Source: Synechococcus sp. (GTDB lineage Bacteria; Cyanobacteriota; Cyanobacteriia; PCC-6307; Cyanobiaceae). From it: a stretch of 64,000 nt of DNA. The translations under genes were made by a program, and so were the position numbers. The notes beneath the pieces are model-generated. The model was given only the letters and a program-made list of their open reading frames with translations, was not told the origin of the DNA and made no database searches. Shown here one piece after another: positions 38,177 through 48,434 of this stretch; positions within the stretch are counted from its first letter, which is position 1, and each line of letters begins with the position of its first letter. Location: assembly GCA_047286205.1 (NCBI GenBank), contig JBJBBR010000001.1, forward strand, positions 517,373 to 581,372. The letters run 5' to 3'.

Positions 38177-39295
38177 TTGGAACAGCAGAGCGATCTTTTG
38201 GCCGAACAGCACGCGGAAACCAGCAAGGATCAACTCGGCGTTCTGATCTGCGGCCATGGCAGCCGGAACCGATTGGCGGTTGACGAGTTCGCCCAGATGG
38301 TGGAAGCCCTACGACCACGGCTCGCCCCGATGCCGGTGGAGCACGGCTACCTGGAATTTGCCCGCCCCATCCTTCGGGATGGCCTTGAAGCACTTAGGCA
38401 ACAGGGCGTCACCAGGGTGCTGGCCATTCCAGCCATGCTTTTCGCCGCGGGGCATGCCAAGAACGACATCCCCTCCGTTCTCAACACTTACACAGCCGAA
38501 ACGGGCCTGCCTATCGATTACGGCCGCGAACTGGGGGTGGACCGTCTGATGGTGTCCGCAGCCGGGGCCCGCGTTCAGGAGTGTCTCAATGCAGCGGACC
38601 AAGACGTGCCCCTGGCCGAAACCCTGCTGGTGGTGGTGGGTCGGGGTTCATCCGACCCAGACGCCAACTCAAACGTGGCCAAGGTGACCCGTCTGTTGGT
38701 GGAGGGGTTCGGTTTCGGCTGGGGCGAAACGGTGTATTCGGGCGTGACCTTCCCGTTAGTGGAACCAGGGCTACGCCACGCGGTGAAGCTGGGCTTTCGA
38801 CGTGTGTTGGTGGTGCCCTACTTCCTCTTTTCAGGAGTTCTGGTCAGCCGAATCCGCCAACACACCGAGCTCGTTGCAGCTGATCATCCCGAGGTGGAGT
38901 TTCTCTCGGCGGGCTACCTGGGTGACCACACCCTGGTGGTGGAAACCTTCAAAGAGCGGGTGGAGGAGGTGCTCCGCGGTGACACCGCCATGAACTGCTC
39001 GCTTTGCAAGTACAGAGCCCAGGTGCTGGGCTTCGAACAAGACGTCGGGCGGGCGCAGGAAAGCCACCACCACCACGTGGAAGGACTCGCTGAGAGCTGC
39101 ACACTGTGCGAACGGGAGTGCACAGGGGCTTGCCAACCTGACGGCATACCGATTGCCCATAACCACAGGCATGGGGGAGACCACAGCCATGGCTCAGATC
39201 ACAGCCATGACCACCATCACCCGCCCTATCCCCATGCCGATCACCCCCTTGGGCCGGTAACGCTGCAACGCAGCAGCGACGCTCCTAAAGATTGA
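38177..39295 (+). CDS. cbiX: sirohydrochlorin cobaltochelatase, long form (CbiX-L)
   Basis: Two CbiX halves (VLICGHGSRN..., LLVVVGRGSSDPDAN...), the MNCSLC (MxCxxC) Fe-S motif and a His-rich tail HNHRHGGDHSHGSDHSHDHHHPPYPHADH. Start uncertain (TTG). Confidence 0.8.
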   Translation: MEQQSDLLAEQHAETSKDQLGVLICGHGSRNRLAVDEFAQMVEALRPRLAPMPVEHGYLEFARPILRDGLEALRQQGVTRVLAIPAMLFAAGHAKNDIPSVLNTYTAETGLPIDYGRELGVDRLMVSAAGARVQECLNAADQDVPLAETLLVVVGRGSSDPDANSNVAKVTRLLVEGFGFGWGETVYSGVTFPLVEPGLRHAVKLGFRRVLVVPYFLFSGVLVSRIRQHTELVAADHPEVEFLSAGYLGDHTLVVETFKERVEEVLRGDTAMNCSLCKYRAQVLGFEQDVGRAQESHHHHVEGLAESCTLCERECTGACQPDGIPIAHNHRHGGDHSHGSDHSHDHHHPPYPHADHPLGPVTLQRSSDAPKD

Positions 39296-39623
39296 GTTCA
39301 TAACCCTTAAGGGAAACCGTTTCCCGGTCGCCAATGACACGGTTCTCGAAAGCGACAGGAGCGACGAAGCAAAGATCAGGTTTTCTTATAGAAATTGCTT
39401 CGGGGAGGTTCGCCCGCTTTTTCCACAAAAAACACGGCCTTTTTCCACAGGCTGAAGTTGGGTTGCCGGCCGTGACGGTGAACCTGTGAATTTCCAAGGG
39501 AACCGTGTCATCGGGTTGACAGTCCGCCTATCCGACCTAGGGCAACCGAGATTCGTCGTTCTCAGCACGCTCAACTCCAGTCCCAGACTGGTGTCTCATC
39601 TCGTCTCATCCGCAATTCAGCAA

Positions 39624-39965
39624 ATGCAGACCGCTTTGACGCAAGAGGCGGTTGTATGGCTTTCTTGGTGGGCGTTGGACAGGGATGAGCTGGACGGAAT
39701 GGACCGAAATCACCTCGAGCGATGCCATGAAATGGGGACTACGGAGCGCGGAGCGGCTGCAAAGGCCAGCTACGTGAGCCTGGAAACCGAAATCCCTGAG
39801 GTGCTCTATCGAGGAATGAAGGATTTCATCGGGGAGAACCCCACCTGGGACCAATACCGCGTGATGAGTTCTGCCCTCGCCCACTTTCTGTTCCAGAACG
39901 GCTGTGACGATCTCGCCGTGACCGAGCGCTATCTCGACGATCTGTTCATCCGTCCCGACCACTAA
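39624..39965 (+). CDS. conserved cyanobacterial hypothetical (DUF2811-like, from memory)
   Basis: VSLETEIPEVLYRGMKDFIGENPTWDQYRVMSSALAHFLFQNG. ATG 39624 chosen. The track GTG at 39486 would extend through a structured non-coding-looking leader. Confidence 0.5.
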   Translation: MQTALTQEAVVWLSWWALDRDELDGMDRNHLERCHEMGTTERGAAAKASYVSLETEIPEVLYRGMKDFIGENPTWDQYRVMSSALAHFLFQNGCDDLAVTERYLDDLFIRPDH

Positions 39966-41589
39966 GGGCCAGCAGACAGGCCCGACGGCTCAGGGCCATC
40001 ATGGTCAGCGTCGGGCTCTGCCAGGCCGAGGACGGCCAACAGGCACCATCCACCACAAGCACATTGGGGACGCGCCAAAGACGGTTGAAAGAATCAACAA
40101 CGCTGCCGGTTTCGCTTGATCCCATCGCAGCCCCTCCCACCTCGTGGATGTAATACCCCGGTGGTGCTGCACCGTCAGACAGCGCAACAGCGCCCTCCAA
40201 GAAAGGCTCAACCAAGGGCAGGTGAAAAAGGTCTTTGATCGGCTGTGCCTCCCCTCCGGCGGCGTCGATGCATGCCTGGATCGAGGCGCGCATGTGCCTC
40301 ACCATCGCCAATTCATTGCCGCTCCAACGGCAGGCAATCGAGGGGACTCGCACGCCCCAGCGGTCCGTGCGCTCACTCAGCGTGACCCTGTTCTCGGCCC
40401 TGGGAAGGACTTCGCCATGGCCAATGAGAAACCCGGTAATGCTTGAAGGGCGACGCCGCAACCATCGCGGCGGATCAAACCGTCCAATGCCTCCCCAGAG
40501 GCCATAGCCGCCCTGAAACCCAGCCGCTGGCAGGTGTCGCCCAAACGGAACAAAGAAACTTCCTGCCCCCGTAAGAGGAGGTTGATCCCCATGAACATGC
40601 TCGGGAAAGGCAAAAAACTGCGACGTGGACACATGGTCCATCAGGCGTGTGCCAAGACGTCCTGAAGGGTCGTCGAAACCGTTGCTCTGCTCCCCACGAC
40701 GGGAACGCAGCAGAATGGAAATGGTCTGAATCGTGGAGGCAGCCAAGACCACGAGATCAGCCTTCAACTCCCTTCGGTTGCCGTTGGCTTGATCAACGGC
40801 AACCACACCAGTGGCTTGATCTCCACCTGCATCCATCAGCAGACACTCCACCAGATGCTCAGACAGCAGCTGTGTGCGTCCGGTGGCCATAGCGCGAGGG
40901 AGGCTGCTGCCGCGACTGCTGGAGCGGGGCCAAGCTGGATCCTGCCCCTGCGGCGCCGGACCAAAGCCCCTTGAGCGAATCACGGGATAGCCCAATCGTT
41001 GCCGCACAGCTTCAGCAAAACGCTGTTCCGCCGGCGTCGCCGCCAGCGCCGGTTGCGTGTCTCCATCCGGCAGATGATTCAAACCATCGCGCCCACCATG
41101 AACGCCAAGCCAGCGCTCCAGTTCGGCGTAATGCGATGTCAGGTCACTGCTGCGAAGAGGCCAACCGACCTGTTGACCATCCACCTCCACACCGGCCAAA
41201 TCCTCATCGGAAAGACGCAGGGTGATGCCACCCCAGGTGAGGCTGCGGCCTCCAACCTGCAAACCTCGCGTCCATAGAAACGGCTGATCCACCGGGTGCT
41301 CATAGGGGTGGATCCGCTCGTCGGCATACAGACGAGGGTTCGCTTTCCAGTAACCAGGATGCTGGGACTGCCGGCGATGACTGCCGCTGGTCAGACCAGC
41401 GATCCTCCGCACCAGATTTCCCGGTTCAGTCCCGAAGGCTTCTGTGCTGGTGAGGTCAGGCCCTGCCTCCACCACAAGCACCCGCGCTCCACCCTCAGCC
41501 AGCGTCATCGCTGCCACGCCTCCACTCGCTCCCGAGCCAACGACGATGGCGTCCCAGGGGCCATCGCAGTTCATAGAGCGACTGCTCAT
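39946..41589 (-). CDS. GMC-family FAD oxidoreductase
   Basis: N-terminal WDAIVVGSGASGGVAAMTLAEGGARVLVVEAGP dinucleotide fold. C-terminal ...VVDGACWPSSAWQSPTLTMMAL is typical of GMC. Confidence 0.85.
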   Translation of the reverse strand: MSSRSMNCDGPWDAIVVGSGASGGVAAMTLAEGGARVLVVEAGPDLTSTEAFGTEPGNLVRRIAGLTSGSHRRQSQHPGYWKANPRLYADERIHPYEHPVDQPFLWTRGLQVGGRSLTWGGITLRLSDEDLAGVEVDGQQVGWPLRSSDLTSHYAELERWLGVHGGRDGLNHLPDGDTQPALAATPAEQRFAEAVRQRLGYPVIRSRGFGPAPQGQDPAWPRSSSRGSSLPRAMATGRTQLLSEHLVECLLMDAGGDQATGVVAVDQANGNRRELKADLVVLAASTIQTISILLRSRRGEQSNGFDDPSGRLGTRLMDHVSTSQFFAFPEHVHGDQPPLTGAGSFFVPFGRHLPAAGFQGGYGLWGGIGRFDPPRWLRRRPSSITGFLIGHGEVLPRAENRVTLSERTDRWGVRVPSIACRWSGNELAMVRHMRASIQACIDAAGGEAQPIKDLFHLPLVEPFLEGAVALSDGAAPPGYYIHEVGGAAMGSSETGSVVDSFNRLWRVPNVLVVDGACWPSSAWQSPTLTMMALSRRACLLALSGRDG

Positions 41590-41650
41590 GGAGCGACCAC
41601 AGACAAAAAAAGATCTCCCCTTGAGGGGAGATCTTTTATTCAATCAGAGT

Positions 41651-41727
<77 letters not shown>

Positions 41728-41772
41728 GCGACCCAAAAATCATACATGTCGGAGTCGCACGTGACCGCAAGA

Positions 41773-42741
41773 TCACGACTGCAATGCACCGTTCACGCTG
41801 AGCTTGACGCTCGGGTTCACCACGAGCACCTGCTCTTCAAGCTCGTCGAGCCCCATGGGGGTGAGCCACTCCAGTTGACGCAACACATGCAGTGCAACCG
41901 CCTGCTTGGCACGACGGGAGCCGTCTTCCACCTTGATGGCTACCCCAAGGCCTTCACCAATACGGCTGAGACATTGAATGCCCTCCGCTCCACCTTTGCT
42001 CAGCACTTGACCATGGCTACGCCGCATCAGCTCAGTGTCAAAGCGTCCCTCACCTGCCACCAAGTCGGGATGACTCAGCATGGCCCGACTGATCTGCTCG
42101 AGTTCGGCATGCTGTGAGGCCCCGAGATGGGCATACAGCAGGGCCATCTGGGCCAACTGAAGCACCAACGTGGGAGCTCCGCAGTCATCTCGTTCTGCAA
42201 CCAATTCCTGGGCCGGCAGGCCGATCAGTTCAGCGACCCGACGGTTCACTTCAACCTGCAGCGGATGGTCGTTCTGCAGATAAGTCTCGATCGGCCATCC
42301 CATCTTCCGACTGGTGGCCAAAAAGGCGGCGTGTTTGCCGGAACAATTGTGCTGAAGCGGACTATCAGCACCGGCCGGAACCGGACATTGGAGTGAAGCG
42401 CTGTCCAACTCCGCTTTCCAGAGCAACCTGAAGGCTTCCCGCGCATGGGAGTTGGTGCCCGCATGGGACGCGCAACTGATGGCGATCCCACGGTCATCGA
42501 CCTCCATCTGATCAGCGGTACCGCTGCTGAGAAACGGCAAGGCCTGAAATGGCTTGAGCGCCGAGCGAATGAAACTTTCCAACCCTGCGTTGCCCGCCGA
42601 CATCAACACCCGACCTCGGCCATCGCAGATCACCGCATGAACACGATGCACCGATTCCGTGATCGATCCACGCCGAAGGCAAACCTCAAGGGGTGCTGAC
42701 CCGGACCGGGCTGCAGGGCTGAAGCCCGAGGGTAAAGTCAT
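41773..42741 (-). CDS. asparaginase II-family protein (Rhizobium-type)
   Basis: About 320 aa, with ...RGSITESVHRVHAVICDGRGRVL...IRSALKPFQALPFL...SCASHAG. Confidence 0.7.
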   Translation of the reverse strand: MTLPSGFSPAARSGSAPLEVCLRRGSITESVHRVHAVICDGRGRVLMSAGNAGLESFIRSALKPFQALPFLSSGTADQMEVDDRGIAISCASHAGTNSHAREAFRLLWKAELDSASLQCPVPAGADSPLQHNCSGKHAAFLATSRKMGWPIETYLQNDHPLQVEVNRRVAELIGLPAQELVAERDDCGAPTLVLQLAQMALLYAHLGASQHAELEQISRAMLSHPDLVAGEGRFDTELMRRSHGQVLSKGGAEGIQCLSRIGEGLGVAIKVEDGSRRAKQAVALHVLRQLEWLTPMGLDELEEQVLVVNPSVKLSVNGALQS

Positions 42742-42758
42742 CGGTCACCCCGATTGGT

Positions 42759-43253
42759 TCAGAGAGCCTGACAGAGACTGGCGCCAGCAAGCATCAAACC
42801 CGCTGAGGTGGCCATGGCACGGCTTAGACGCCCCAGAATCGGGCGCACCTCATGCCGGGCGACCAGCAAATCGCGTTCGCGCCAGGACAGGGGCTTTTCC
42901 CAGGTCTGTCCGTCGTACCAGCCGGACTCCTCGTAGTCGACGGATTCACGCAGGAGACGCTGCATGACATAGGTCCATCCCAGCCACTGGCGCACCAAGA
43001 GCAGCAAAGGAAGAACAAGGGACGCCACGGCGGCTGCAGCAACAAGCCGAGGTGGGTCCTGCTTGAGGGTCCAACTGCCGCTGGCGATCAAACTGCACAC
43101 CGGAAGCATCAGCAGCCAACAGCCGACCAGGCGTTGCATCAAACAGGGATCCTGCCCGACAGGCCAAGAAAAAAACCACGATTGACAGAGCTGCTCAAAC
43201 TCCTCAAGAGGCCGCTGCTCAGGGGGAACGGGGCAGGACACCGCTTCTGTCAT
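42759..43253 (-). CDS. ycf36: Ycf36 (DUF1230) protein
   Basis: CPVPPEQRPLEEFEQLCQSWFFSWP N-terminal motif plus two TM helices. Confidence 0.7.
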   Translation of the reverse strand: MTEAVSCPVPPEQRPLEEFEQLCQSWFFSWPVGQDPCLMQRLVGCWLLMLPVCSLIASGSWTLKQDPPRLVAAAAVASLVLPLLLLVRQWLGWTYVMQRLLRESVDYEESGWYDGQTWEKPLSWRERDLLVARHEVRPILGRLSRAMATSAGLMLAGASLCQAL

Positions 43254-43264
43254 GGGGAGAGCGG

Positions 43265-43621
43265 TTACTTCACCGACGGTAAGAAGGTTCTGCTTTCACC
43301 GTGACTCCAGAAGGCTTCAAGGTCGTAGTAACCGCGCTCATCGGGCATGAGGACATGAACGATGACATCGCCGTAATCCAGAAGAGCCCAGCGCCCCTCA
43401 TTGAGACCTTCCTTGCGCAAAGGCAAGAGGTTGACCTCAGCCTCCAGGCGGTCTTCAACAGACCGTGCAATTGCACGCACTTGGACATCGGATTGACCAC
43501 CAGCGATCACCATCCAGTCGGCGAGGCTGGAGACCTCATCAACGCGGATCAAACGAATGTCGGTGGCCTTGCGGTCATCGCAGGCATCCGCCACCAACTC
43601 GGCAAGCTTCTCGCTATCCAT
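43265..43621 (-). CDS. rsfS: ribosome silencing factor RsfS (iojap)
   Basis: KATDIRLIRVDEVSSLADWMVIAGGQSDVQVRAIA...DYGDVIVHVLMPDERGYYDLEAFW. Internal ATG chosen. Confidence 0.85.
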   Translation of the reverse strand: MDSEKLAELVADACDDRKATDIRLIRVDEVSSLADWMVIAGGQSDVQVRAIARSVEDRLEAEVNLLPLRKEGLNEGRWALLDYGDVIVHVLMPDERGYYDLEAFWSHGESRTFLPSVK

Positions 43622-44249
43622 AAACGTTCTCGCTCGTAACGGAGCTTCGTGAGCCCTCCTGTTGGGCCATTTCAGCTCTGGCCTTGCTAGCGCTCTTGCG
43701 CAGCGCCTCAAGACGGTCTTCGTAATAGCTGCGGCGACGCTTTTTGCGGGTCTTTTCAACCAGGTCCTTCAACGCTCCCCCCAAACTCCGATAGGCATTC
43801 GGCACGCTGTAACCAAACCGGCAGGCGAGATCAATCGCGCGCTCGTCAGCACTGATCGCATCTTGAAGACGCTTTTCAGAATTGTTCTTCAGGTACAGCC
43901 TGTAGCCCGCGAAGCCGGAAAGGCCAAGGGCCATCATCAGCAGCAGGCCGTCCTGAACCCACAATTCACCGATGGCACCCCCGAGGCCGATGGCCAGGGC
44001 TGCCATCTCCCACCCATCCCGGGGAATGGTGTCGTTCTGGATGCGACCAACCTCATGCCAGAACAGCAAATTGCGATGGTCCAACGCCAAGGAATCCCAT
44101 TCATCGAGATCCACCTGGATCTCGACTTCATCTCGGCCGATCTCTTCAAGGGTGATCAATGGAGGATCGACTGCAGCAGCTGATTCCACAAACACCCAGC
44201 TCTGCATTTCCGGTGGCAGCAGCCCCTTCAGGCGCTGGAGCTCACTCAT
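43614..44249 (-). CDS. conserved cyanobacterial membrane protein
   Basis: 211 aa with two central TM helices and a basic C-tail. Overlaps the rsfS start by 8 nt. Confidence 0.55.
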   Translation of the reverse strand: MSELQRLKGLLPPEMQSWVFVESAAAVDPPLITLEEIGRDEVEIQVDLDEWDSLALDHRNLLFWHEVGRIQNDTIPRDGWEMAALAIGLGGAIGELWVQDGLLLMMALGLSGFAGYRLYLKNNSEKRLQDAISADERAIDLACRFGYSVPNAYRSLGGALKDLVEKTRKKRRRSYYEDRLEALRKSASKARAEMAQQEGSRSSVTSENVYG

Positions 44250-44353
44250 CGCAACTCTGGTGCTGATCTCCTATCACCGTAGCGAGGCCAAGCCCTCGGC
44301 CCATGGCAAGGCCGCGTGAGAGGCTTGAGCTGTTTGGCCAAGGACGATTTCCC

Positions 44354-47300
44354 ATGCCGAGGCGGTCTGACCTGCGTCGCATTCTCCTGGTGGGATCTGG
44401 TCCGATTGTGATCGGCCAGGCCTGTGAGTTCGATTACTCCGGAACCCAGGCCTGCAAAGCCCTTAGAGCCGAAGGATATGAAGTCATCCTGATCAACTCC
44501 AACCCGGCGTCGATCATGACCGACCCGGAGATGGCGAATCGCACCTACATCGAGCCGCTCACACCGGACGTCGTGACACGGGTCATCGAGCAGGAGCGAC
44601 CGGATGCTCTGCTGCCCACCATGGGCGGTCAAACCGCTTTGAACTTGGCGGTCACCCTGGCCGAAAACGGCACCCTGGAGCGGTTCGGCGTCGAATTGAT
44701 CGGTGCTGACCTCAAAGCGATCCAAAAGGCAGAAGACCGTCTGCTGTTCAAGCAGGCCATGGAGCGGATCGGCGTGAAGGTTTGCCCTTCCGGAATTGCC
44801 TCATCGCAGGAGGAAGCCGAAGCCGTTGGGGCTGCTATCGGCAGTTTTCCCCGGATCATCCGGCCCGCATTCACCCTCGGAGGCAGTGGCGGAGGAATTG
44901 CATACAACCCCGAGGAATACGCAGCGATCTGCAAGAGCGGGCTCGAAGCGAGTCCGGTCTCCCAAATCCTGATCGAGCAATCGCTTCTGGGCTGGAAGGA
45001 ATTTGAGCTCGAGGTGATGCGTGATCTGGCGGACAACGTCGTGATTGTCTGCAGCATCGAGAACCTGGACCCGATGGGGGTGCATACAGGGGATTCGATC
45101 ACGGTGGCCCCGGCCCAGACCCTCACGGACCGGGAATACCAGCGGCTGCGCGACCAATCGATCGCCATCATCCGCGAGATCGGTGTCGCGACGGGCGGCA
45201 GCAACATCCAATTCGCGATCAACCCCGACAACGGCGACGTGGTGGTGATCGAAATGAATCCCAGGGTGAGCCGATCCTCGGCTTTGGCAAGTAAGGCCAC
45301 TGGCTTCCCGATCGCAAAGATCGCCGCACGCCTCGCCGTCGGTTACACGCTCGACGAAATCCTCAACGACATCACAGGCAAGACGCCCGCCTGCTTCGAG
45401 CCGACCATTGATTACGTCGTCACCAAGATCCCTCGCTTCGCCTTCGAAAAATTCCGGGGTAGTCCAGCGGTGCTCACCACGTCGATGAAATCGGTGGGCG
45501 AGGCCATGGCCATCGGCCGTTGTTTCGAAGAGTCATTCCAGAAGGCCATGCGATCCCTGGAGACAGGGTTCTCGGGCTGGGGAGGCGACCGGGAGGAACC
45601 GGACCTGAGCGATGGTGAGCTCGATCGTCAGCTGCGGACCCCCTCACCGGAGCGCATCCTCAGCGTGCGCACGGCCATGGTGCGCGGACGCAGCAATGAA
45701 GAGATTCATCGGATCAGCAAGATTGACCCATGGTTCCTGGCCAAACTGCGACGCATCATTGAGGCGGAAGCAAGGCTGATCAAGGGCAAGAGCCTGGAGC
45801 AGCTGGATGCCGACAGCCTGTTTGAAGCCAAGCAGCTTGGCTTTTCAGACCGACAGATCGCCTGGCACACCAACAGCGACGAATTGTCGGTGCGTCAAAG
45901 GCGTCATCAGCTCGATGTTCGCCCCGTCTTCAAAACAGTCGACACCTGCGCTGCGGAGTTTGCTTCCTCCACTCCTTATCACTACTCGACCTATGAGCGG
46001 CCCTTGCAGACACTCCAGGCTGACGGATCGCTCAAGCCCCTTCCCGCCTCGTCCGAGGTGAGCCGGCGCGAGGGCGGTCGCAAAATGATGATCCTGGGCG
46101 GAGGCCCGAACCGGATCGGGCAGGGCATCGAATTCGACTACTGCTGCTGCCATGCCTCCTTTGCCGGGCAGGACCAAGGGATCACCACCGTGATGGTGAA
46201 CAGCAATCCCGAAACGGTTTCCACCGATTACGACACCAGCGACAGCCTCTATTTCGAACCGCTCACGTTGGAGGACGTTCTCAATGTGATTGAGGCGGAG
46301 CGTCCCGATGGCGTGGTGGTGCAATTCGGTGGACAAACTCCACTGAAGCTCGCCATTCCCCTACTGCGATGGCTCGAGAGTGATGAGGGAAGCACGACGG
46401 GCACCAGCATCTGGGGGACATCACCTGAATCGATCGACCGGGCCGAAGACCGCGAACAGTTTGAAGCCATCCTCCGCGATCTGAACATTCGACAACCCCG
46501 CAATGGCTTGGCGCGCAGTGAAGAGGAAGCACGGGCCGTTGCCACGAGAGTGGGCTATCCGGTCGTCGTGCGGCCGTCCTACGTCCTGGGCGGACGAGCC
46601 ATGGAGGTGGTGTTCGACGAAGAGGAACTCAACCGCTACATGCGCGAAGCCGTGCAGGTGGAGCCCGACCATCCGGTTCTGATTGACCAGTACCTGGAGA
46701 ATGCCGTGGAGGTGGACGTGGACGCCCTCTGCGATCACACCGGCGAGGTGATTGTCGGTGGTCTGATGGAGCACATCGAACCGGCAGGGATCCATTCCGG
46801 TGACTCAGCCTGCTGCTTGCCCGCGGTCTCCCTCGGCGAGGCGGCATTGAACACCATTCGCGACTGGAGTCGCTCTCTGGCGCAAACCCTCGAGGTTCGT
46901 GGACTGATCAACCTCCAGTTCGCCGTTCAGCGCAACACCGATGGCTCGGAAGTCGTTTACATCATTGAAGCCAACCCCCGCGCCTCAAGAACAGTCCCCT
47001 TCGTCGCCAAAGCCACAGGACAACCTTTGGCACGCCTGGCGACCCGTCTGATGGCAGGCGAAACCCTCACCGACATCGGCTTGAGCCGCGAACCGAAGCC
47101 ACCGCTGCAGTCGATCAAGGAAGCGGTTCTTCCGTTCCGGCGCTTCCCGGGAGCAGACACAGTGCTGGGACCGGAAATGCGCTCCACGGGAGAGGTGATG
47201 GGATCCGCCGACAGCTTTGGAATGGCCTATGCAAAAGCCGAACTCGGTGCTGGAGAAGCGCTGCCCACCAAGGGAACGGTGTTCCTCTCCACCCACGACC

Positions 47301-47677
47301 GCGACAAGCAAGCTCTGGTGCCCATCGCCGCTCGGCTGATCGAACTCGGGTTCGATGTCACGGCGACCTCGGGAACTGCTGAAGCGCTCGCCAACGCTGG
47401 ATTGAAGGTGCAATCCGTCCTTAAGGTGCACGAGGGTCGCCCCAATATCGAGGACCAGATCCGCTCCAATCAGGTGCAGCTGGTGATCAACACACCGATC
47501 GGCCGTCAAGCCGCCCATGACGACAAATACCTGCGACGAGCTGCGCTTGATTACGCCGTACCAACAGTGACAACCCTCGCCGGAGCACGGGCTGCGGTGG
47601 AAGCGATCTCCGCTCTCCAGCAACAACCAAGCCTCAACATCCATGCACTCCAGGACGTCCACGCCATGCAGCGTTAA
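44354..47677 (+). CDS. carB: carbamoyl-phosphate synthase large subunit
   Basis: [26 protein letters not shown], duplicated ATP-grasp halves, and an MGS-like C-terminus. About 1107 aa. Confidence 0.95.
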   Translation: MPRRSDLRRILLVGSGPIVIGQACEFDYSGTQACKALRAEGYEVILINSNPASIMTDPEMANRTYIEPLTPDVVTRVIEQERPDALLPTMGGQTALNLAVTLAENGTLERFGVELIGADLKAIQKAEDRLLFKQAMERIGVKVCPSGIASSQEEAEAVGAAIGSFPRIIRPAFTLGGSGGGIAYNPEEYAAICKSGLEASPVSQILIEQSLLGWKEFELEVMRDLADNVVIVCSIENLDPMGVHTGDSITVAPAQTLTDREYQRLRDQSIAIIREIGVATGGSNIQFAINPDNGDVVVIEMNPRVSRSSALASKATGFPIAKIAARLAVGYTLDEILNDITGKTPACFEPTIDYVVTKIPRFAFEKFRGSPAVLTTSMKSVGEAMAIGRCFEESFQKAMRSLETGFSGWGGDREEPDLSDGELDRQLRTPSPERILSVRTAMVRGRSNEEIHRISKIDPWFLAKLRRIIEAEARLIKGKSLEQLDADSLFEAKQLGFSDRQIAWHTNSDELSVRQRRHQLDVRPVFKTVDTCAAEFASSTPYHYSTYERPLQTLQADGSLKPLPASSEVSRREGGRKMMILGGGPNRIGQGIEFDYCCCHASFAGQDQGITTVMVNSNPETVSTDYDTSDSLYFEPLTLEDVLNVIEAERPDGVVVQFGGQTPLKLAIPLLRWLESDEGSTTGTSIWGTSPESIDRAEDREQFEAILRDLNIRQPRNGLARSEEEARAVATRVGYPVVVRPSYVLGGRAMEVVFDEEELNRYMREAVQVEPDHPVLIDQYLENAVEVDVDALCDHTGEVIVGGLMEHIEPAGIHSGDSACCLPAVSLGEAALNTIRDWSRSLAQTLEVRGLINLQFAVQRNTDGSEVVYIIEANPRASRTVPFVAKATGQPLARLATRLMAGETLTDIGLSREPKPPLQSIKEAVLPFRRFPGADTVLGPEMRSTGEVMGSADSFGMAYAKAELGAGEALPTKGTVFLSTHDRDKQALVPIAARLIELGFDVTATSGTAEALANAGLKVQSVLKVHEGRPNIEDQIRSNQVQLVINTPIGRQAAHDDKYLRRAALDYAVPTVTTLAGARAAVEAISALQQQPSLNIHALQDVHAMQR

Positions 47678-47694
47678 GCCCCCGGTAGGGTTGC

Positions 47695-48378
47695 ATGAGC
47701 CACCTCAACGCTGTGACAGCCTCCGTTCCCGTCAAGCCTGGAAGCGACCTGCGTAATGATTTCCGTCGCGCCTACGAAAACCGCTACACCTGGGCTCCTG
47801 GATTTTCTGGCTATCGCGGGCGCTGCGTTTGGCAGCAGGACGATCAACGGGTCGAAGGCCAGTTTGAGATCGGAGCTGATCTCAAGGCCAAGGTGGAGGG
47901 CATCGAGAACGAAGACATTCTCAAGGCGGTGAATTCCCAGCTCTGGGAAGTAGCGATCCATCGCGTGCGTCGCAGCTTCGAGCAGACCCATGGAGAGAAC
48001 ACCTTCACGGCCGGGGACACTAACGATGTAGGCACTGAAGTTCTCGTAGGCGGCAAGGGAGAGGGCGACAAGTACCGCATCAAGAACGACGTGGTGACCA
48101 TGGTTCACCGACACATCCACGGCACAGTCGTGACGATTTTCACCACCGACATCACCAACACAGGCTCGGGTTACCTCAGCCACACCTACACAAGTCAGTA
48201 CGCAGACCCCGCGACGGGCGAAGCACGGGGCGGACGCAGCAGCTTCAAGGACACTTTTGCTCCTCTGCCTGGAGATGGCCCCTGGGTGCTGACCGAGCGG
48301 GTCGTGACCACCGAAGCCCACGGCGACACTCCAGCCGGAAGCCAGACTTTCCGCTTTGAAGATCTCGAATCACTCTGA
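47695..48378 (+). CDS. conserved cyanobacterial/plastid-lineage hypothetical (DUF3386-like, from memory)
   Basis: 227-aa ORF 17 nt after carB, containing RNDFRRAYENRYTW. Confidence 0.55.
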   Translation: MSHLNAVTASVPVKPGSDLRNDFRRAYENRYTWAPGFSGYRGRCVWQQDDQRVEGQFEIGADLKAKVEGIENEDILKAVNSQLWEVAIHRVRRSFEQTHGENTFTAGDTNDVGTEVLVGGKGEGDKYRIKNDVVTMVHRHIHGTVVTIFTTDITNTGSGYLSHTYTSQYADPATGEARGGRSSFKDTFAPLPGDGPWVLTERVVTTEAHGDTPAGSQTFRFEDLESL

Positions 48379-48434
48379 GTTGATTGCCGGCACCAGCCGG
48401 CTATGAGACCATCCGCCCAAACTTGTTGAAAAAA

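Noticed and set aside
39440-39560. Possible cobalamin riboswitch downstream of cbiX (GGTGAA...AAGGGAACCG...GACAGTCCGCC)
   Set aside because: I could find no B12-box-like core (AGYCMGG.G.CC.GCC) and no GCCACTG element. The downstream gene is not B12-related.
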